Below, one piece after another: positions 29,228 through 39,771 of a stretch of DNA of 52,496 bases. Source of the stretch: Candidatus Moraniibacteriota bacterium (GTDB lineage: Bacteria > Patescibacteriota > Minisyncoccia > Moranbacterales > UBA2206); the NCBI GenBank assembly GCA_030679995.1, contig JAUXSK010000019.1, positions 1-52,496 of the forward strand, given 5' to 3'. The notes under the pieces are model-generated. The model was not told where the DNA came from. It saw only the letters and a program-made list of their open reading frames with translations, and searched no databases. The translations under genes and the position numbers were made by a program. Each line of letters begins with the position of its first letter. The first letter of the stretch is position 1.

Positions 29228-29378
29228 ATATTGGACTAAAGGATTATCCCTACCAGTTTATTTTTAAAACCAGCCTATGTCAAACCGCGCGGATCCGTCC
29301 TGAGTGGATGTGGCACGGTCCGCGGAAATCCGCTGGCGCGCATTGGGACGTGCGGTCCTCCGGATAATTTCCTGATGC

Positions 29379-29387
29379 TGTGGATAA
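29379..29387. promoter_or_regulatory. Perfect DnaA-box motif upstream of pilus cluster 2
   Basis: TGTGGATAA (reverse complement of TTATCCACA). Confidence 0.5.
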
Positions 29388-29517
29388 ATTCCCGATGCTG
29401 GGTATGGTTGTTTGCGATAAAATATGTTACAATAATATTGTGAATATTTTCCAAGAAAAAAATACCCCCGTAGCGGCCGGCGATAGCGGGGTTTCCATAA
29501 ATAAAAAATAAAAACAA

Positions 29518-30627
29518 ATGTTCGGATTAGGAGAAAAAAAATTCATCGGGATCGACGTAGGGACTTCCAATATAAAGATGGTCGAATTGAAAATCGGCAA
29601 GAACAAACCGGTCCTGTCGAATTATGCGCGCGTACGGATAAACGGCCTGATGGGGGATAATGATTTGAAAGCTTCCTATTTCGAAACCGTTTTGCCGGAA
29701 TACATACGCAGGATGGTCAAAATATCAGGTATGTCCGGGCGCAACGCATATTTTTCCATCCCGTCTTTCGGGGGTTTGATAACCCTCATCGAATTTCCCG
29801 ATATGTCAAAAGATGATCTTAACCAGGCTATCAAATTTGAAGCGCATAAATATATCCCAATTTCATTGGATGACGTCGTTTTGAGCTGGGATATCGTCGG
29901 CAAGAAAGATTCGAAAAAAACTTTGGTCAGTCAGGATAAGGACGCTCCTGCTGCTGTTTCCGTGCCGGAAGGCGCGGGCAACGGCAAAGTGCAAGTCTTA
30001 TTGGTGGCGGCTCCCAAAAACAAAGTCATCAAATATGAGAAGTTGGCCAGCAATACCGAGTTGCATTTGAAATCCATTGAAATAGAAAGTTTCTCCCTGG
30101 TCAGGGCTCTGATCGGCAACGACCAAGGCAATTTCGTTATCGTGGATATTGGATCGCGCATATGCAATATCATTCTGGTTGAAAAAGGCGTGATCAAAGC
30201 TAACCGCAATATCGATGCCGGCGGCCGGGATATCAGCAAGGTGATTGCCAAAAGTATGAATATAGACGATGAGCGGGCGGATAAGTTGAAAGTTTCTGGC
30301 AAAAATTTCCTGACTGGAGATTCCAGCATAACTTTTCCGGTAATTGATCTGATTGTCGGGGAAATTTCGCGGGTGATGAACGCGTATTACAAAACTGATT
30401 CGAAAGCGGCGGTCGATGGCATAATCCTTTCCGGAGGGACAGCCGGATTTTCCGGGCTGGATGGATATTTTTCCAAGGCGCTGGGTATCAAGACGATGAT
30501 CGGAAACCCCCTGGGCAGGATCGAATATGACAAGCGGCTCGAGCCGAAAGCCAAGGAACTTGGAAACCAATTTTCGGTAGCTATCGGCCTGGCCTTGAGC
30601 GGCGTCGATGATAATTTGAAAAAATAA
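29518..30627 (+). CDS. pilM: Type IV pilus assembly protein PilM, second copy
   Basis: IGIDVGTSNIK, EAHKYIP, IVDIGS, LSGGTA, AIGLAL. Confidence 0.93.
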   Translation: MFGLGEKKFIGIDVGTSNIKMVELKIGKNKPVLSNYARVRINGLMGDNDLKASYFETVLPEYIRRMVKISGMSGRNAYFSIPSFGGLITLIEFPDMSKDDLNQAIKFEAHKYIPISLDDVVLSWDIVGKKDSKKTLVSQDKDAPAAVSVPEGAGNGKVQVLLVAAPKNKVIKYEKLASNTELHLKSIEIESFSLVRALIGNDQGNFVIVDIGSRICNIILVEKGVIKANRNIDAGGRDISKVIAKSMNIDDERADKLKVSGKNFLTGDSSITFPVIDLIVGEISRVMNAYYKTDSKAAVDGIILSGGTAGFSGLDGYFSKALGIKTMIGNPLGRIEYDKRLEPKAKELGNQFSVAIGLALSGVDDNLKK

Positions 30628-30675
30628 TAAGGACATCTAAATAAATAAAATCCCGATTAACGGGAGAAAAAATAT

Positions 30676-31206
30676 ATGGTGAATATAAATCTGTCGACCA
30701 ACCAGTCGATGCCACAGGATAGCCAAAGAACTGCTGCGGCTAAAAGCGGAGTAGCGGTGGTTGAAATGATCCTGCTGATCGTGGCTGTCATCAGCGGCGG
30801 ACTGATGCTGTGGGTGAATAATCTCGATAATAAAGTGGTTGCCGTCGAAGCTTCGTATGCCGACAAGGAGGCCGGATTGATGGCGAATGTCAGGAATAAG
30901 GATATTGTTGATTTCCAAAACCGGCTTTCGCTTTCTGATGAGTTGGTAGATCAGAAAAACCTGACATTCGATGTCCTACAAGAGGTTGAGAGAAATCTTG
31001 TTTCCGGCGTTTATATCACCGCCTTTGAAGCTGACAAGGAAGCTAAGACACTCAAGCTGGAATGCGTCGCGGATAATTACGAAGCGGTGGCCAGGCAGGT
31101 CCTGGGCTTCAAAAGTTCGAATTATTTTTCCGAAGTGGTCGTAAAGAGCGCGAACATTTCAAATGAAGGAAAGGCTGTCTTTTCAATGGAGATAGGACTT
31201 AATTAA
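30676..31206 (+). CDS. pilN: PilN-like protein
   Basis: NINL motif, TM helix; follows pilM. Confidence 0.75.
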   Translation: MVNINLSTNQSMPQDSQRTAAAKSGVAVVEMILLIVAVISGGLMLWVNNLDNKVVAVEASYADKEAGLMANVRNKDIVDFQNRLSLSDELVDQKNLTFDVLQEVERNLVSGVYITAFEADKEAKTLKLECVADNYEAVARQVLGFKSSNYFSEVVVKSANISNEGKAVFSMEIGLN

Positions 31207-31246
31207 TTTTTTTAAAAGCGGCCCTTGATCGAGAGCCGGCAATATT

Positions 31247-32005
31247 ATGAAGCTAAAAATTTTGTTTACTCCGCTGATGCTGGTGATTATAATATATCTG
31301 GCTATTTGGGTGGCCATACCGGCTTATTCCGGCCCGGAGGGAGTCGTCGCGACTGGTAAAAAATTGCAAGGCGCCGAATTGAAATTGGCGGACATAAGTT
31401 TGAAAGAGGAAAACGCCGGGAGTCTGGTGGCGGCTTTGAACGATAGCAGCGAACAGCAGAAAATCCTTCTGCAATATCTGCCGGAAAAGAAGACCGATGA
31501 AGATGTGATCGCCAATCTGAATTCGATCGCATCCGGCGCGGGCGTATTTTTGTCCGGCGTGACAATGGATGATGAGAGTCCTGTTGCCGTTGTCCAACCT
31601 GAAGAGGCATTTGTGTTGGATGAGAATGGCAATGAAGTTCCGGTCGAGGTGGCGCCGAAAACCGTGGCAAAAAACTTCAAAGCGAGCGTGGCTTTGGTGG
31701 GTGATTATGAGAGATTGAGGCAGTTTATCGCGGATGTGTCCAGATTGAAACGTTTCAACGAGATAGTCTCGATGAAGATAACTAAAAATTCCGGTTCGGA
31801 CAATGGGGCGTTGCAGATGGATGCCGTCATCAGATTCAATTATCTTGACAAGACCGGTTCGATCGCAAGTATGAGCAATGAAGTTTTTTCGATGGGGATG
31901 TTCGATATGGGCGTTATCGACAAAATCAAAGCTAAGACAAATATGGATGTCTTCAAAGTTGAAGCTGGTTCGATTGGACGATCCAATCCATTTTCCGCTT
32001 CCTAA
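31247..32005 (+). CDS. pilO: PilO-like protein
   Basis: TM, YLP motif, GDYERLRQFI…LKR, C-terminal GRSNPF. Confidence 0.78.
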   Translation: MKLKILFTPLMLVIIIYLAIWVAIPAYSGPEGVVATGKKLQGAELKLADISLKEENAGSLVAALNDSSEQQKILLQYLPEKKTDEDVIANLNSIASGAGVFLSGVTMDDESPVAVVQPEEAFVLDENGNEVPVEVAPKTVAKNFKASVALVGDYERLRQFIADVSRLKRFNEIVSMKITKNSGSDNGALQMDAVIRFNYLDKTGSIASMSNEVFSMGMFDMGVIDKIKAKTNMDVFKVEAGSIGRSNPFSAS

Positions 32006-32036
32006 ATAATAAAAAACCGTTCAGCTTGTAGTTTCT

Positions 32037-33707
32037 ATGGATAACAATCTTGGCGTAAAAAACGATACCGCGGTGAAAAATGGCGATGGTATCGCAGAGA
32101 GGGCCGCTTCATTGAATATCGCTTATTTGGATAAGGCTCCGAAGGCTATCGATGGCCGGGCCATCAGGATAATTCCGGAAGAAGTCGCGAAGAAATACGG
32201 CTTCATCGTTTTTGATGCGGCTGGCGATACCATAAAAGTGGCGATGCTCAATCCGCAGGATATAGACGCTCTCAACACTTTGCGGTTCATCGCTGAGAAA
32301 GAAAAAAAGGAGATTTCCATTTATCTTGTTTCGGAGAATGTTTTCAAAGAGCTGTTCAGGTTCTATGTCGGTCCGGCTGATATCGTGAAAGAGGCGGTTA
32401 AATCGTTTGCGGAAGACAAAGGGTCTTTGGAAATTATCGAAAACGACGATGAGTCCGCGAAAGAGCAAAATTTGAAAGAAGCGCCGGTCGCGAAATTGGT
32501 CGAAGTTATCGTGAGCCATGCCATCGAAGGACACGCGAGCGATATCCACATCGAGCCGATGGAGCGCGATTTCCGCGTCAGGTTCCGCGTGGATGGAGTG
32601 TTGCATGTCAGTCTGATTATCCCCAAGGAAATCGGGCCGGTCGTGGTATCGCGGATAAAAATCCTTTCCAATCTGAAAATCGATGAAAAAAGAAAGCCGC
32701 AGGACGGACGTTTCCGGCTGATGCATAATGGCAATGCGATCGATTTCCGCGTTTCGACTTTGCCGGTCATCAATGGGGAAAAAGTCGTGATGAGGATTTT
32801 GGATAAGGATAAGGGCGTAAGCGACATCGAAACGATGGGCTTGATAGGGATGGGGTTGGATAATATGAAAGACGCCATAAAAGAAACTTACGGGATGATC
32901 CTGATGACCGGTCCGACCGGATCAGGAAAATCCACGACCTTGTACGCGATGTTGAAAATATTGAATAACGAAGAGCGGAATATCATCACCTTGGAAGATC
33001 CGATCGAATATGACATCGAAGGCTTGAACCAGAGCCAGATAAAACCGGAAATCGGCTACACTTTCGCTTCAGGCCTGCGGACGATTTTGCGCCAAGATCC
33101 GAATGTCATTATGGTCGGCGAGATCCGCGACGGCGAAACGGCCGAGCTGGCGGTGCATGCGGCGCTCACGGGACATTTGATGTTTTCGACGTTGCACACC
33201 AATACGGCCATCGGCGCCATTCCGCGGCTGGTCGATATGGGTATAGAACCGTTCCTGCTGTCCTCTTCCCTGCGGCTCGTGATGGCCCAGCGGTTGGTGC
33301 GGCGGATTTGTGAAAATTGTAAGGCTGAAATAGAAGTATCGGAAATATTAAAAAAGCAGATTATCAAAGAAGTCGAAAATATATCCAAAAGCGAGTTGGA
33401 GAGGTATGGCGTGGATCTGTCGGGAAAAATCAGCTTGTTCCGGGGCAAGGGCTGTGACGCTTGCAATGGGACCGGGCTTACTGGGCGGGTGGCGATTTTC
33501 GAAGTCGTGCGCGTGACGGATGCGATGCGCACGATTATCATCGAAAAAAGAGGCAGTGAAATCCTGTTGAACCAGGAGCGGGACAAGATGGGCTCCTTGA
33601 CGATCAGGCAGGATGGGATCTTGAAAGCTTTGAAAGGAGCTACGACATTTGAAGAAATCGAGCGAGTGACCGAGGGTAGCATCACGCTTGAAGAGGAGAA
33701 TGATTAG
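32037..33707 (+). CDS. pilB: Type IV pilus extension ATPase PilB, second copy
   Basis: ASDIHIEP, GPTGSGKST, LRQDPNVIMVGEIRD, STLHTN, CENC…CDAC. Confidence 0.95.
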   Translation: MDNNLGVKNDTAVKNGDGIAERAASLNIAYLDKAPKAIDGRAIRIIPEEVAKKYGFIVFDAAGDTIKVAMLNPQDIDALNTLRFIAEKEKKEISIYLVSENVFKELFRFYVGPADIVKEAVKSFAEDKGSLEIIENDDESAKEQNLKEAPVAKLVEVIVSHAIEGHASDIHIEPMERDFRVRFRVDGVLHVSLIIPKEIGPVVVSRIKILSNLKIDEKRKPQDGRFRLMHNGNAIDFRVSTLPVINGEKVVMRILDKDKGVSDIETMGLIGMGLDNMKDAIKETYGMILMTGPTGSGKSTTLYAMLKILNNEERNIITLEDPIEYDIEGLNQSQIKPEIGYTFASGLRTILRQDPNVIMVGEIRDGETAELAVHAALTGHLMFSTLHTNTAIGAIPRLVDMGIEPFLLSSSLRLVMAQRLVRRICENCKAEIEVSEILKKQIIKEVENISKSELERYGVDLSGKISLFRGKGCDACNGTGLTGRVAIFEVVRVTDAMRTIIIEKRGSEILLNQERDKMGSLTIRQDGILKALKGATTFEEIERVTEGSITLEEEND

Positions 33708-33737
33708 CAGGGCGTATAATTTTTAATTTTAGATAAT

Positions 33738-34148
33738 ATGGAAAAACAAACTATTCTGATCGTGGAGGATGACTCATTCGTGATGGACATCTATCAGACT
33801 AAATTATCGCTGGAAGGATTCGATGTCATAGCGGCCAATAACGGGATGGAGGCTTTGAAAAAATTGGAAAGCGGGGAGTGCGTCCCTGATCTTATCTTGC
33901 TGGATATCATAATGCCGTATGTGGACGGTTTGGAGGTTTTGAAGAAAATCAAGGCCAATGAAGAATTGCGGAAAATCCCGGTGATCTTGCTGACCAATCT
34001 CAGTCAGAAAGAGGAAATCGGACAAGGTTTCGTCCTGGGAGCCAAGGACTATCTTATCAAATCCCACTTTACCCCGTCGGAAGTTTTGGAAAAAATCCGG
34101 ATTTATTTGCCAAAAGAAGAAGTTAAAACAGAAGAAATTAAAAACTGA
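33738..34148 (+). CDS. Single-domain response regulator
   Basis: ILIVEDD, LILLDIIMP, LLTNL, YLIK. Confidence 0.93.
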   Translation: MEKQTILIVEDDSFVMDIYQTKLSLEGFDVIAANNGMEALKKLESGECVPDLILLDIIMPYVDGLEVLKKIKANEELRKIPVILLTNLSQKEEIGQGFVLGAKDYLIKSHFTPSEVLEKIRIYLPKEEVKTEEIKN

Positions 34149-34159
34149 TTTTAAAAAAC

Positions 34160-34285
34160 CAAAATACAAAGCATCGAATCCAGAATAAATTACAACAATC
34201 AAAATTTAAAATTCAAAACGATTTTGAATTTTGAAAATTGCAATTTCGAATTTATTTAGGATTTGTGATTTATAATTTGTAATTT
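34160..34285. repeat. Full copy of the AT-rich palindromic element
   Basis: Co-linear with 45273-45398; shares the 26 nt ATTTTGAATTTTGAAAATTGCAATTT. Confidence 0.85.
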
Positions 34286-34299
34286 CGCTTCATTATTTT

Positions 34300-35379
34300 A
34301 TGGGTACAGTGCATACCGAACAAAGGGTAAAAAATCTGATGCGGCTGGTGGCGCAACAGGGCGCTTCCGATTTGCATTTGGTGGTGGGGAGATATCCGAC
34401 GCTCAGGATCGACGGCCGGCTGTTTCCCGTGTCGCAAGACGCCGTGCTGACCCCGGCTGATACCCAGGCGATGAGCGATGTCATCATCGGTAACAACGAG
34501 GAAAACAAAAATAAATTCCTGGCGGACGGACAGATCGATTTGTCATATAACTTCGAAGACAAGGCGCGTTTCCGGGTGAATATATTTTTCCAGCAAGGCT
34601 ATGTAAGCGTGGCGATGCGTCTCATCCCGCGCGAGATCAGGAAATTGGACGAATTGAATATGCCGGAAGTGCTCTATGATTTCACTAAATTCACGCAAGG
34701 TCTGGTTCTCGTAGTCGGTCCGGTGGGGCACGGCAAGTCCACGACCTTGGCGGCGCTTATTAATGAGATAAATCATACGCAGGAGAAGCATATCGTGACT
34801 ATCGAGGATCCGATCGAATATATCTATGAGCAGGACAAATGCATCATCAACCAGCGGGAGGTTTTCCAAGATTCGAAATCATTCCAGACGGCTCTGAAAG
34901 CGGTTTTCCGCGAAGATGCCAATGTAGTTTTGGTCGGAGAGTTGCGTGATCTGGAAAGTATCAGTATCGCGATGACCGGCGCGGAAACGGGACACTTGAT
35001 TTTCGCCACTTTGCATACCAATGATTCCGCGCAGACCATCGACCGTATCATCGACGTTTTTCCGGCCCATCAGCAAAACCAGGTGCGGGCGCAATTGGCC
35101 AATACCCTGCTCGGCGTGATTTCGCAGAGATTGGTCCCGCGGGTAGATGGCGGTCGCGTGCCGGCGGTGGAGATAATGATAAAAAACCACGCTATTGAGA
35201 ATCTGATCCGGGAAGGCAAAGCCTATCAGATCGACAACAGCATCGAGACGAGCTCCGACCAGGGGATGGTCACGATGGACAAATCATTGTCGGAATTGAC
35301 CAGGCGGGGAATCATTTCCATCGACACAGCGCTGTCTTTCGCCAAGGAAAAAAATAATTTCCAAGCCCTGTTGCGTTAA
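34300..35379 (+). CDS. pilT: Pilus retraction ATPase PilT
   Basis: ASDLHL, RFRVN, GPVGHGKSTT, AETGHL, TLHT, AIENLIRE. Confidence 0.95.
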   Translation: MGTVHTEQRVKNLMRLVAQQGASDLHLVVGRYPTLRIDGRLFPVSQDAVLTPADTQAMSDVIIGNNEENKNKFLADGQIDLSYNFEDKARFRVNIFFQQGYVSVAMRLIPREIRKLDELNMPEVLYDFTKFTQGLVLVVGPVGHGKSTTLAALINEINHTQEKHIVTIEDPIEYIYEQDKCIINQREVFQDSKSFQTALKAVFREDANVVLVGELRDLESISIAMTGAETGHLIFATLHTNDSAQTIDRIIDVFPAHQQNQVRAQLANTLLGVISQRLVPRVDGGRVPAVEIMIKNHAIENLIREGKAYQIDNSIETSSDQGMVTMDKSLSELTRRGIISIDTALSFAKEKNNFQALLR

Positions 35380-35517
35380 TTCGATCCAGCCCTAGGATAT
35401 TTCGCTTTCTGGGTGTATAATAAAAACAAGAAAAAAACATAGTTTTAAAATAAACATAAAATGGAAACCTGGATCGGATGTCGCGCCTGAGGCGGAATCC
35501 GACAGGACAAAGAAAAA

Positions 35518-36729
35518 ATGAAATTTATTTTCAAAGCCAAGACCAAGGACGGGGAATTGAAAGAAGGAATCATCGACGCGGTGAGTAGCGAAGTGGCGGT
35601 TGAACTGTTGCAGAAAAACGCGCTCTTCCCGTTGTCGATCGCGACTGAGAAAGAAAAAAATTCTCTGGAAAAGACCTTTCTTCGATATTTCGACAAAGTC
35701 AATGACAAGGAATTGATGGTTTTCTTCCGCCAACTGTCGATTTTGATCGAGGCCAAGGTTCCGATCGTCGCTTCATTGACGGCCATCAAGGAGCAGATGG
35801 TCAACCGCTATTTCCAAAAGATAATCGGCGAAGTGGTGAATGATATCCAGGACGGCTTGCCGCTTTCGGACGCGTTGAAAAAACATAAACACATCTTTTC
35901 CAATCTGGCCATCAACATCGTCAAGGCCGGGGAAGTTTCGGGAAACCTGAAGAAGTCCGTGGAATATGTGGCCAATAATATCGAAAAAAATTATACGCTG
36001 ACCCAGCGCGTCAAGTCGGCGATGACCTATCCGGTCATCGTGATGATCGTGTTTTTCATAATCGCTTTCTTGGTTGTGGCTTTCATCATTCCCAAACTGA
36101 CGCTGATGATCAAGAGTATGGAAAACGTGGCGGTACCTTGGTATACCAGCGTGGTGATCGGAGTCAGTGATTTCATGGCGGCCTATTGGTGGGCGATCGC
36201 GATTATGATATTGGGAATCATCGGCAGTGTCATCTATTATATCAAGACCGAAGACGGATCTAGGGAATGGGATCGCATAAAGATCCGCTTGCCGATTTTC
36301 GGGACGATCTACCAATATCTGTACATCGCGCGTTTCGCGGACAACCTATCGGTGCTTTTGTCAGGTGGTATCCCGATTATTCAGGCTCTCAAAATCGTCA
36401 GTTCGGTCATTGGCAATACGGTTTATGAAGCGATTTTCCTGAAGGCGGCGGATGAAATCCGGATCGGCGGGGTGATGAGCGACGTTTTGCGCAAGTCTTC
36501 GCAGATTCCGCCAATCGTTTCACAGATGGTGAAGATTGGCGAGGAATCCGGGCAGATCGATCTGGTGTTGCAGCACGTGGCGAAGTTCTATGAGCAGGAA
36601 GCTTCAGATATGGCCAAAAACCTTTCTACTCTGATCGAGCCATTGTTGATGGTGTTGATCGGCGTGGCGGTGGCCTTCCTGGCTTTCTCAGTCATTATGC
36701 CGATTTATAATATCGCGGGACAATTTTAG
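35518..36729 (+). CDS. pilC: PilC/GspF platform protein, second copy
   Basis: FFRQLS, GEVSGNL, GEESGQ, LIEPLLM…MPIY. Confidence 0.95.
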   Translation: MKFIFKAKTKDGELKEGIIDAVSSEVAVELLQKNALFPLSIATEKEKNSLEKTFLRYFDKVNDKELMVFFRQLSILIEAKVPIVASLTAIKEQMVNRYFQKIIGEVVNDIQDGLPLSDALKKHKHIFSNLAINIVKAGEVSGNLKKSVEYVANNIEKNYTLTQRVKSAMTYPVIVMIVFFIIAFLVVAFIIPKLTLMIKSMENVAVPWYTSVVIGVSDFMAAYWWAIAIMILGIIGSVIYYIKTEDGSREWDRIKIRLPIFGTIYQYLYIARFADNLSVLLSGGIPIIQALKIVSSVIGNTVYEAIFLKAADEIRIGGVMSDVLRKSSQIPPIVSQMVKIGEESGQIDLVLQHVAKFYEQEASDMAKNLSTLIEPLLMVLIGVAVAFLAFSVIMPIYNIAGQF

Positions 36730-36750
36730 GGAATTTTAACGAGCAAAAAA

Positions 36751-37182
36751 ATGCAAACGAACGGGATGGCCGCATCTGCCGGCAAAAGAGGTTTCACGCT
36801 GATCGAACTTTTGATCGTAATCGCCATTATCGGAGTTTTGGCCTCGATCGTGCTGGTGGTAGCCAATGGTGCGAAAGAGCGGGCGATGCGCGCTTCGGCG
36901 CTGTCATCCGCTTCGAGTGTGATGGGCGAGCTTACTCTGTGCGCGGATGATGGAGGCGGGACGGACGGATCGGCCAGCGCGATCATCTGTACGGACGGCA
37001 CCGGAGGCAATGTCGCCTATGGCGGCCATAGCGCGGAGTGGCCGGATATCAGCCGGACGGGATGGATTTTTGTCGCCGCGGCGGAACTGCCTGTGTTGGA
37101 TACGACGACCTATTCCTACACCCTGACCAAAGCCGGACAAACCGATATCAATTGCAGTTTTAGCACGAAAGCCTGCCAATAG
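36751..37182 (+). CDS. Type IV pilin
   Basis: G|[18 protein letters not shown]; four Cys in the globular domain. Confidence 0.9.
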   Translation: MQTNGMAASAGKRGFTLIELLIVIAIIGVLASIVLVVANGAKERAMRASALSSASSVMGELTLCADDGGGTDGSASAIICTDGTGGNVAYGGHSAEWPDISRTGWIFVAAAELPVLDTTTYSYTLTKAGQTDINCSFSTKACQ

Positions 37183-37285
37183 GAAAAAGCCGCGTCAGCC
37201 GGCAGGAAAACAAAAAATTAAAAAGATATTTGGAAGTTTAAAGATAGATAAAAAATAAAAAAAACTAGAAAGGCAGGTGAAATAA

Positions 37286-37708
37286 ATGAAAAAATTTGAA
37301 AAAGGTTTTACCCTGATCGAACTCTTGATCGTAATCGCCATCATCGGTATTTTGGCGTCCATCGTTTTGGTGAGTTTGAATAACGCGAGAGTAAAGGCTA
37401 ACGCAGCAGCGTTCAAGGCGACCGTTTCCAGTTTACAACCAGCGGTAGTTTTGTGTTGCGATACTGCAACTAATACTTTTAACACAGGTGTTGACCCGGT
37501 TGCTACTGATGTGTGTAGTAGTCCAATTGGATCAATATTGCCACTGGCAGCTGATCTGAAGGTTGAAACAGGTGGTGTTACGTATGCAGTTGGTGCTGCT
37601 TGCGATCAGACAACCCCACAGCTTAATATTACCTTGGATGGTCCTGGGACTAACTGTACTGGCGCAACTGTAACCTCCGAAAGAGTAACTTTCCCTGCTG
37701 GATGCTAG
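37286..37708 (+). CDS. Type IV pilin, likely the major pilin
   Basis: G|[18 protein letters not shown]; SD-like AGGTG; T/A-ending codon bias; hairpin downstream. Confidence 0.92.
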   Translation: MKKFEKGFTLIELLIVIAIIGILASIVLVSLNNARVKANAAAFKATVSSLQPAVVLCCDTATNTFNTGVDPVATDVCSSPIGSILPLAADLKVETGGVTYAVGAACDQTTPQLNITLDGPGTNCTGATVTSERVTFPAGC

Positions 37709-37729
37709 TTCTGAATTGAAAGTTTTCTT

Positions 37730-37765
37730 GCTTGCCAATCTGACCGCCTAGGCGAAATTGGCAAG
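37730..37765 (+). terminator. Hairpin after the major pilin (partial terminator or mRNA stabiliser)
   Basis: GCTTGCCAAT…ATTGGCAAGC arms around CCGCCTAGGCG; weak U tail. Confidence 0.5.
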
Positions 37766-37806
37766 CGGATAAAATTTTTAATCATAACTTGTTTTATTTT
37801 AAAAAA

Positions 37807-38328
37807 ATGAGAAAAGATAATAGAAGAGGTTTCACCCTGATCGAACTTTTGATCGTAGTGGCTATCATTGGCATCCTGTCGAGTGTCATTCTGGTGAGTC
37901 TTACTAATTCCCGCAGAAGGTCGGACGGCGCGGCTTTCAAGACGACGATGTCCACGCTGAAGGGGGCAGTGGCTTTGTGTTGTGCCGATTCTACGAATGT
38001 TCTGCGGACGATCACTACCGCTACCGGCACCCAGACCGTGTGTGTGACTTCGACTGGCACTGCTGTCGGAACCAGCTATTTGCCGACGGCCACTGAGCTG
38101 AATTTGGGCACGGGTACCGCCAGATATGCCGGCAATATCGTCGGCTACAGATGTTCCAATGCAAATCCGATATTGAGGGTCCGCATAGCGAACGATTCAA
38201 AAAATCCGGCTTGCAGCATCACTGCCACCTCCGCGATTTATTATTATGTGGGTGCCAATGATATCTCCTATGGTATGACCGCGACGCCGACTGCCGCATC
38301 GATAAAGGGCTTTCCGCCAGGGTGCTAA
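37807..38328 (+). CDS. Type IV pilin, paralog of 37286-37708
   Basis: G|[14 protein letters not shown]; shared AAFKxT…AVxLCC and C-terminal FPxGC. Confidence 0.9.
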   Translation: MRKDNRRGFTLIELLIVVAIIGILSSVILVSLTNSRRRSDGAAFKTTMSTLKGAVALCCADSTNVLRTITTATGTQTVCVTSTGTAVGTSYLPTATELNLGTGTARYAGNIVGYRCSNANPILRVRIANDSKNPACSITATSAIYYYVGANDISYGMTATPTAASIKGFPPGC

Positions 38329-38419
38329 GCTGGGTATTGAAAATAAGTCCATAATTTTGATCCATACGAAAACCGTCCGCATCGGCTTGGCGGTTTTTGC
38401 GTGAAAGATAAAAAAATAT

Positions 38420-38785
38420 ATGAATCTGAAAATGAAACACATCATTTTGGCGCTGGCCAGCCTGGTTTTGCTGGGTGCGGTTTTCGTGGTGCCGGTGAAA
38501 ATCAATGGGAAGGATGACGCCAAGGATTTGTCCTTCGGTTATCCTTTCGCTTTCGTGGAACAGGATTTTTCGACCAAGTCCTTCATCAGTTTGCCGTGGT
38601 ACCAGAATTTTGAAATCAAACGGCCGGTCGCGGAATTTTCCTGGGTGAAATTCACCGCTTCGTTCGCCAGTTTTTTTCTGGGTCTGGAACTTGTGGTTTT
38701 CATCCTGGAGCTGGTCAAATGGCGCACCCGGGTTTTCTTCAGGAAAAGGAAGGAGCGCAAGGATTCCGAGCTGATTGCCGCTTGA
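38420..38785 (+). CDS. Hypothetical 2-TM membrane protein
   Basis: Two hydrophobic helices, FGYPFAF motif. Confidence 0.7.
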   Translation: MNLKMKHIILALASLVLLGAVFVVPVKINGKDDAKDLSFGYPFAFVEQDFSTKSFISLPWYQNFEIKRPVAEFSWVKFTASFASFFLGLELVVFILELVKWRTRVFFRKRKERKDSELIAA

Positions 38786-38813
38786 CGCCGGGCGGAAGAA
38801 ATTTATGATTCCG

Positions 38814-38822
38814 TGTGGATAA
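38814..38822. promoter_or_regulatory. Perfect DnaA-box motif upstream of pilD
   Basis: TGTGGATAA, 29 nt before the -10-like TAAGAT (TG-extended). Confidence 0.5.
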
Positions 38823-38918
38823 CTTTTTTCGCTTGTTTTTATTTTTTATGATAAGATATATCCAGGCGCGGCTTCCGTCAGCGCCGGATATAAACATAAA
38901 AATAATCGGTAATAATCT

Positions 38919-39719
38919 ATGATTTTTTTCATCTTTCTCGTCCTGGGTCTCATTGTCGGAAGTTTTTTGAACGTGGTGGTCTACCGTTTGCGCGTGGCGG
39001 AAACTTTGGTGGCGGACCGGTCGCATTGCCCGCATTGCAAGAATCTGATCGCTTGGTATGACAATATCCCCGTCCTGAGTTTCATTTTGCTTAAATTCCG
39101 TTGCCGCAGTTGCCGGGAAAAGATTTCCTGGCAATATCCGCTGGTGGAAATTTTCACCGGTTTGGTTTTCGCCCTCATCGGCCGCCGGTATTTTGATGCG
39201 GTCGACGTGTCAACTTGGGCGTCGACTATCTATTATTTGGGTATATCAAGTTTTCTGATTGTGATTTTTGTATATGATTTCCTGTATTTGGAAATCCCGG
39301 GCCTGGTCTTGTGGCCGGCGATCGGTTTCACGGTGGTTTTCAATCTGGTTTTTGATTGGGGGATGACCGGCTTTGGCAATGACGTCTTGAATCTAGCGAC
39401 CTATTCTGGCACATTGGGAGCAAGCACGGCTTTTCTGTTTTTTTTCCTATTAGTGGCGCTGAGCAAAGAAAAATGGATGGGGATGGGCGATGCATATTTG
39501 GTGATTTTATTGGGTTTTATCCTCGGTTGGCCGGAGATTCTTTTGGGGTTGATGCTGGCTTTTTCCTTGGGCGCGCTTTCAGGCATAGTCCTTATCCTTC
39601 TCAAGAAGAAAAAGATGGGCAGTCAGATCCCCTTCGCGCCATTTCTGGTGCTGGGATCGTTGATCGCGATGTTTTGGTATGCGCCGATAACGAATTGGTA
39701 TTTCGGATTGTTTTATTAG
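38919..39719 (+). CDS. pilD: Prepilin peptidase
   Basis: GSFLNVVVYRL, RSHCPHC, CRSC, QYPLVE, MGMGD, IPFAPFL. Confidence 0.96.
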   Translation: MIFFIFLVLGLIVGSFLNVVVYRLRVAETLVADRSHCPHCKNLIAWYDNIPVLSFILLKFRCRSCREKISWQYPLVEIFTGLVFALIGRRYFDAVDVSTWASTIYYLGISSFLIVIFVYDFLYLEIPGLVLWPAIGFTVVFNLVFDWGMTGFGNDVLNLATYSGTLGASTAFLFFFLLVALSKEKWMGMGDAYLVILLGFILGWPEILLGLMLAFSLGALSGIVLILLKKKKMGSQIPFAPFLVLGSLIAMFWYAPITNWYFGLFY

Positions 39720-39771
39720 GTATTTCAATTGAAATTTAAAATTGAAATTATTTTAGATATTTAACAAAGCT

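Noticed and set aside
29379-29387. DnaA boxes as oriC
   Set aside because: The boxes are isolated single copies, with no cluster and no dnaA or dnaN nearby.
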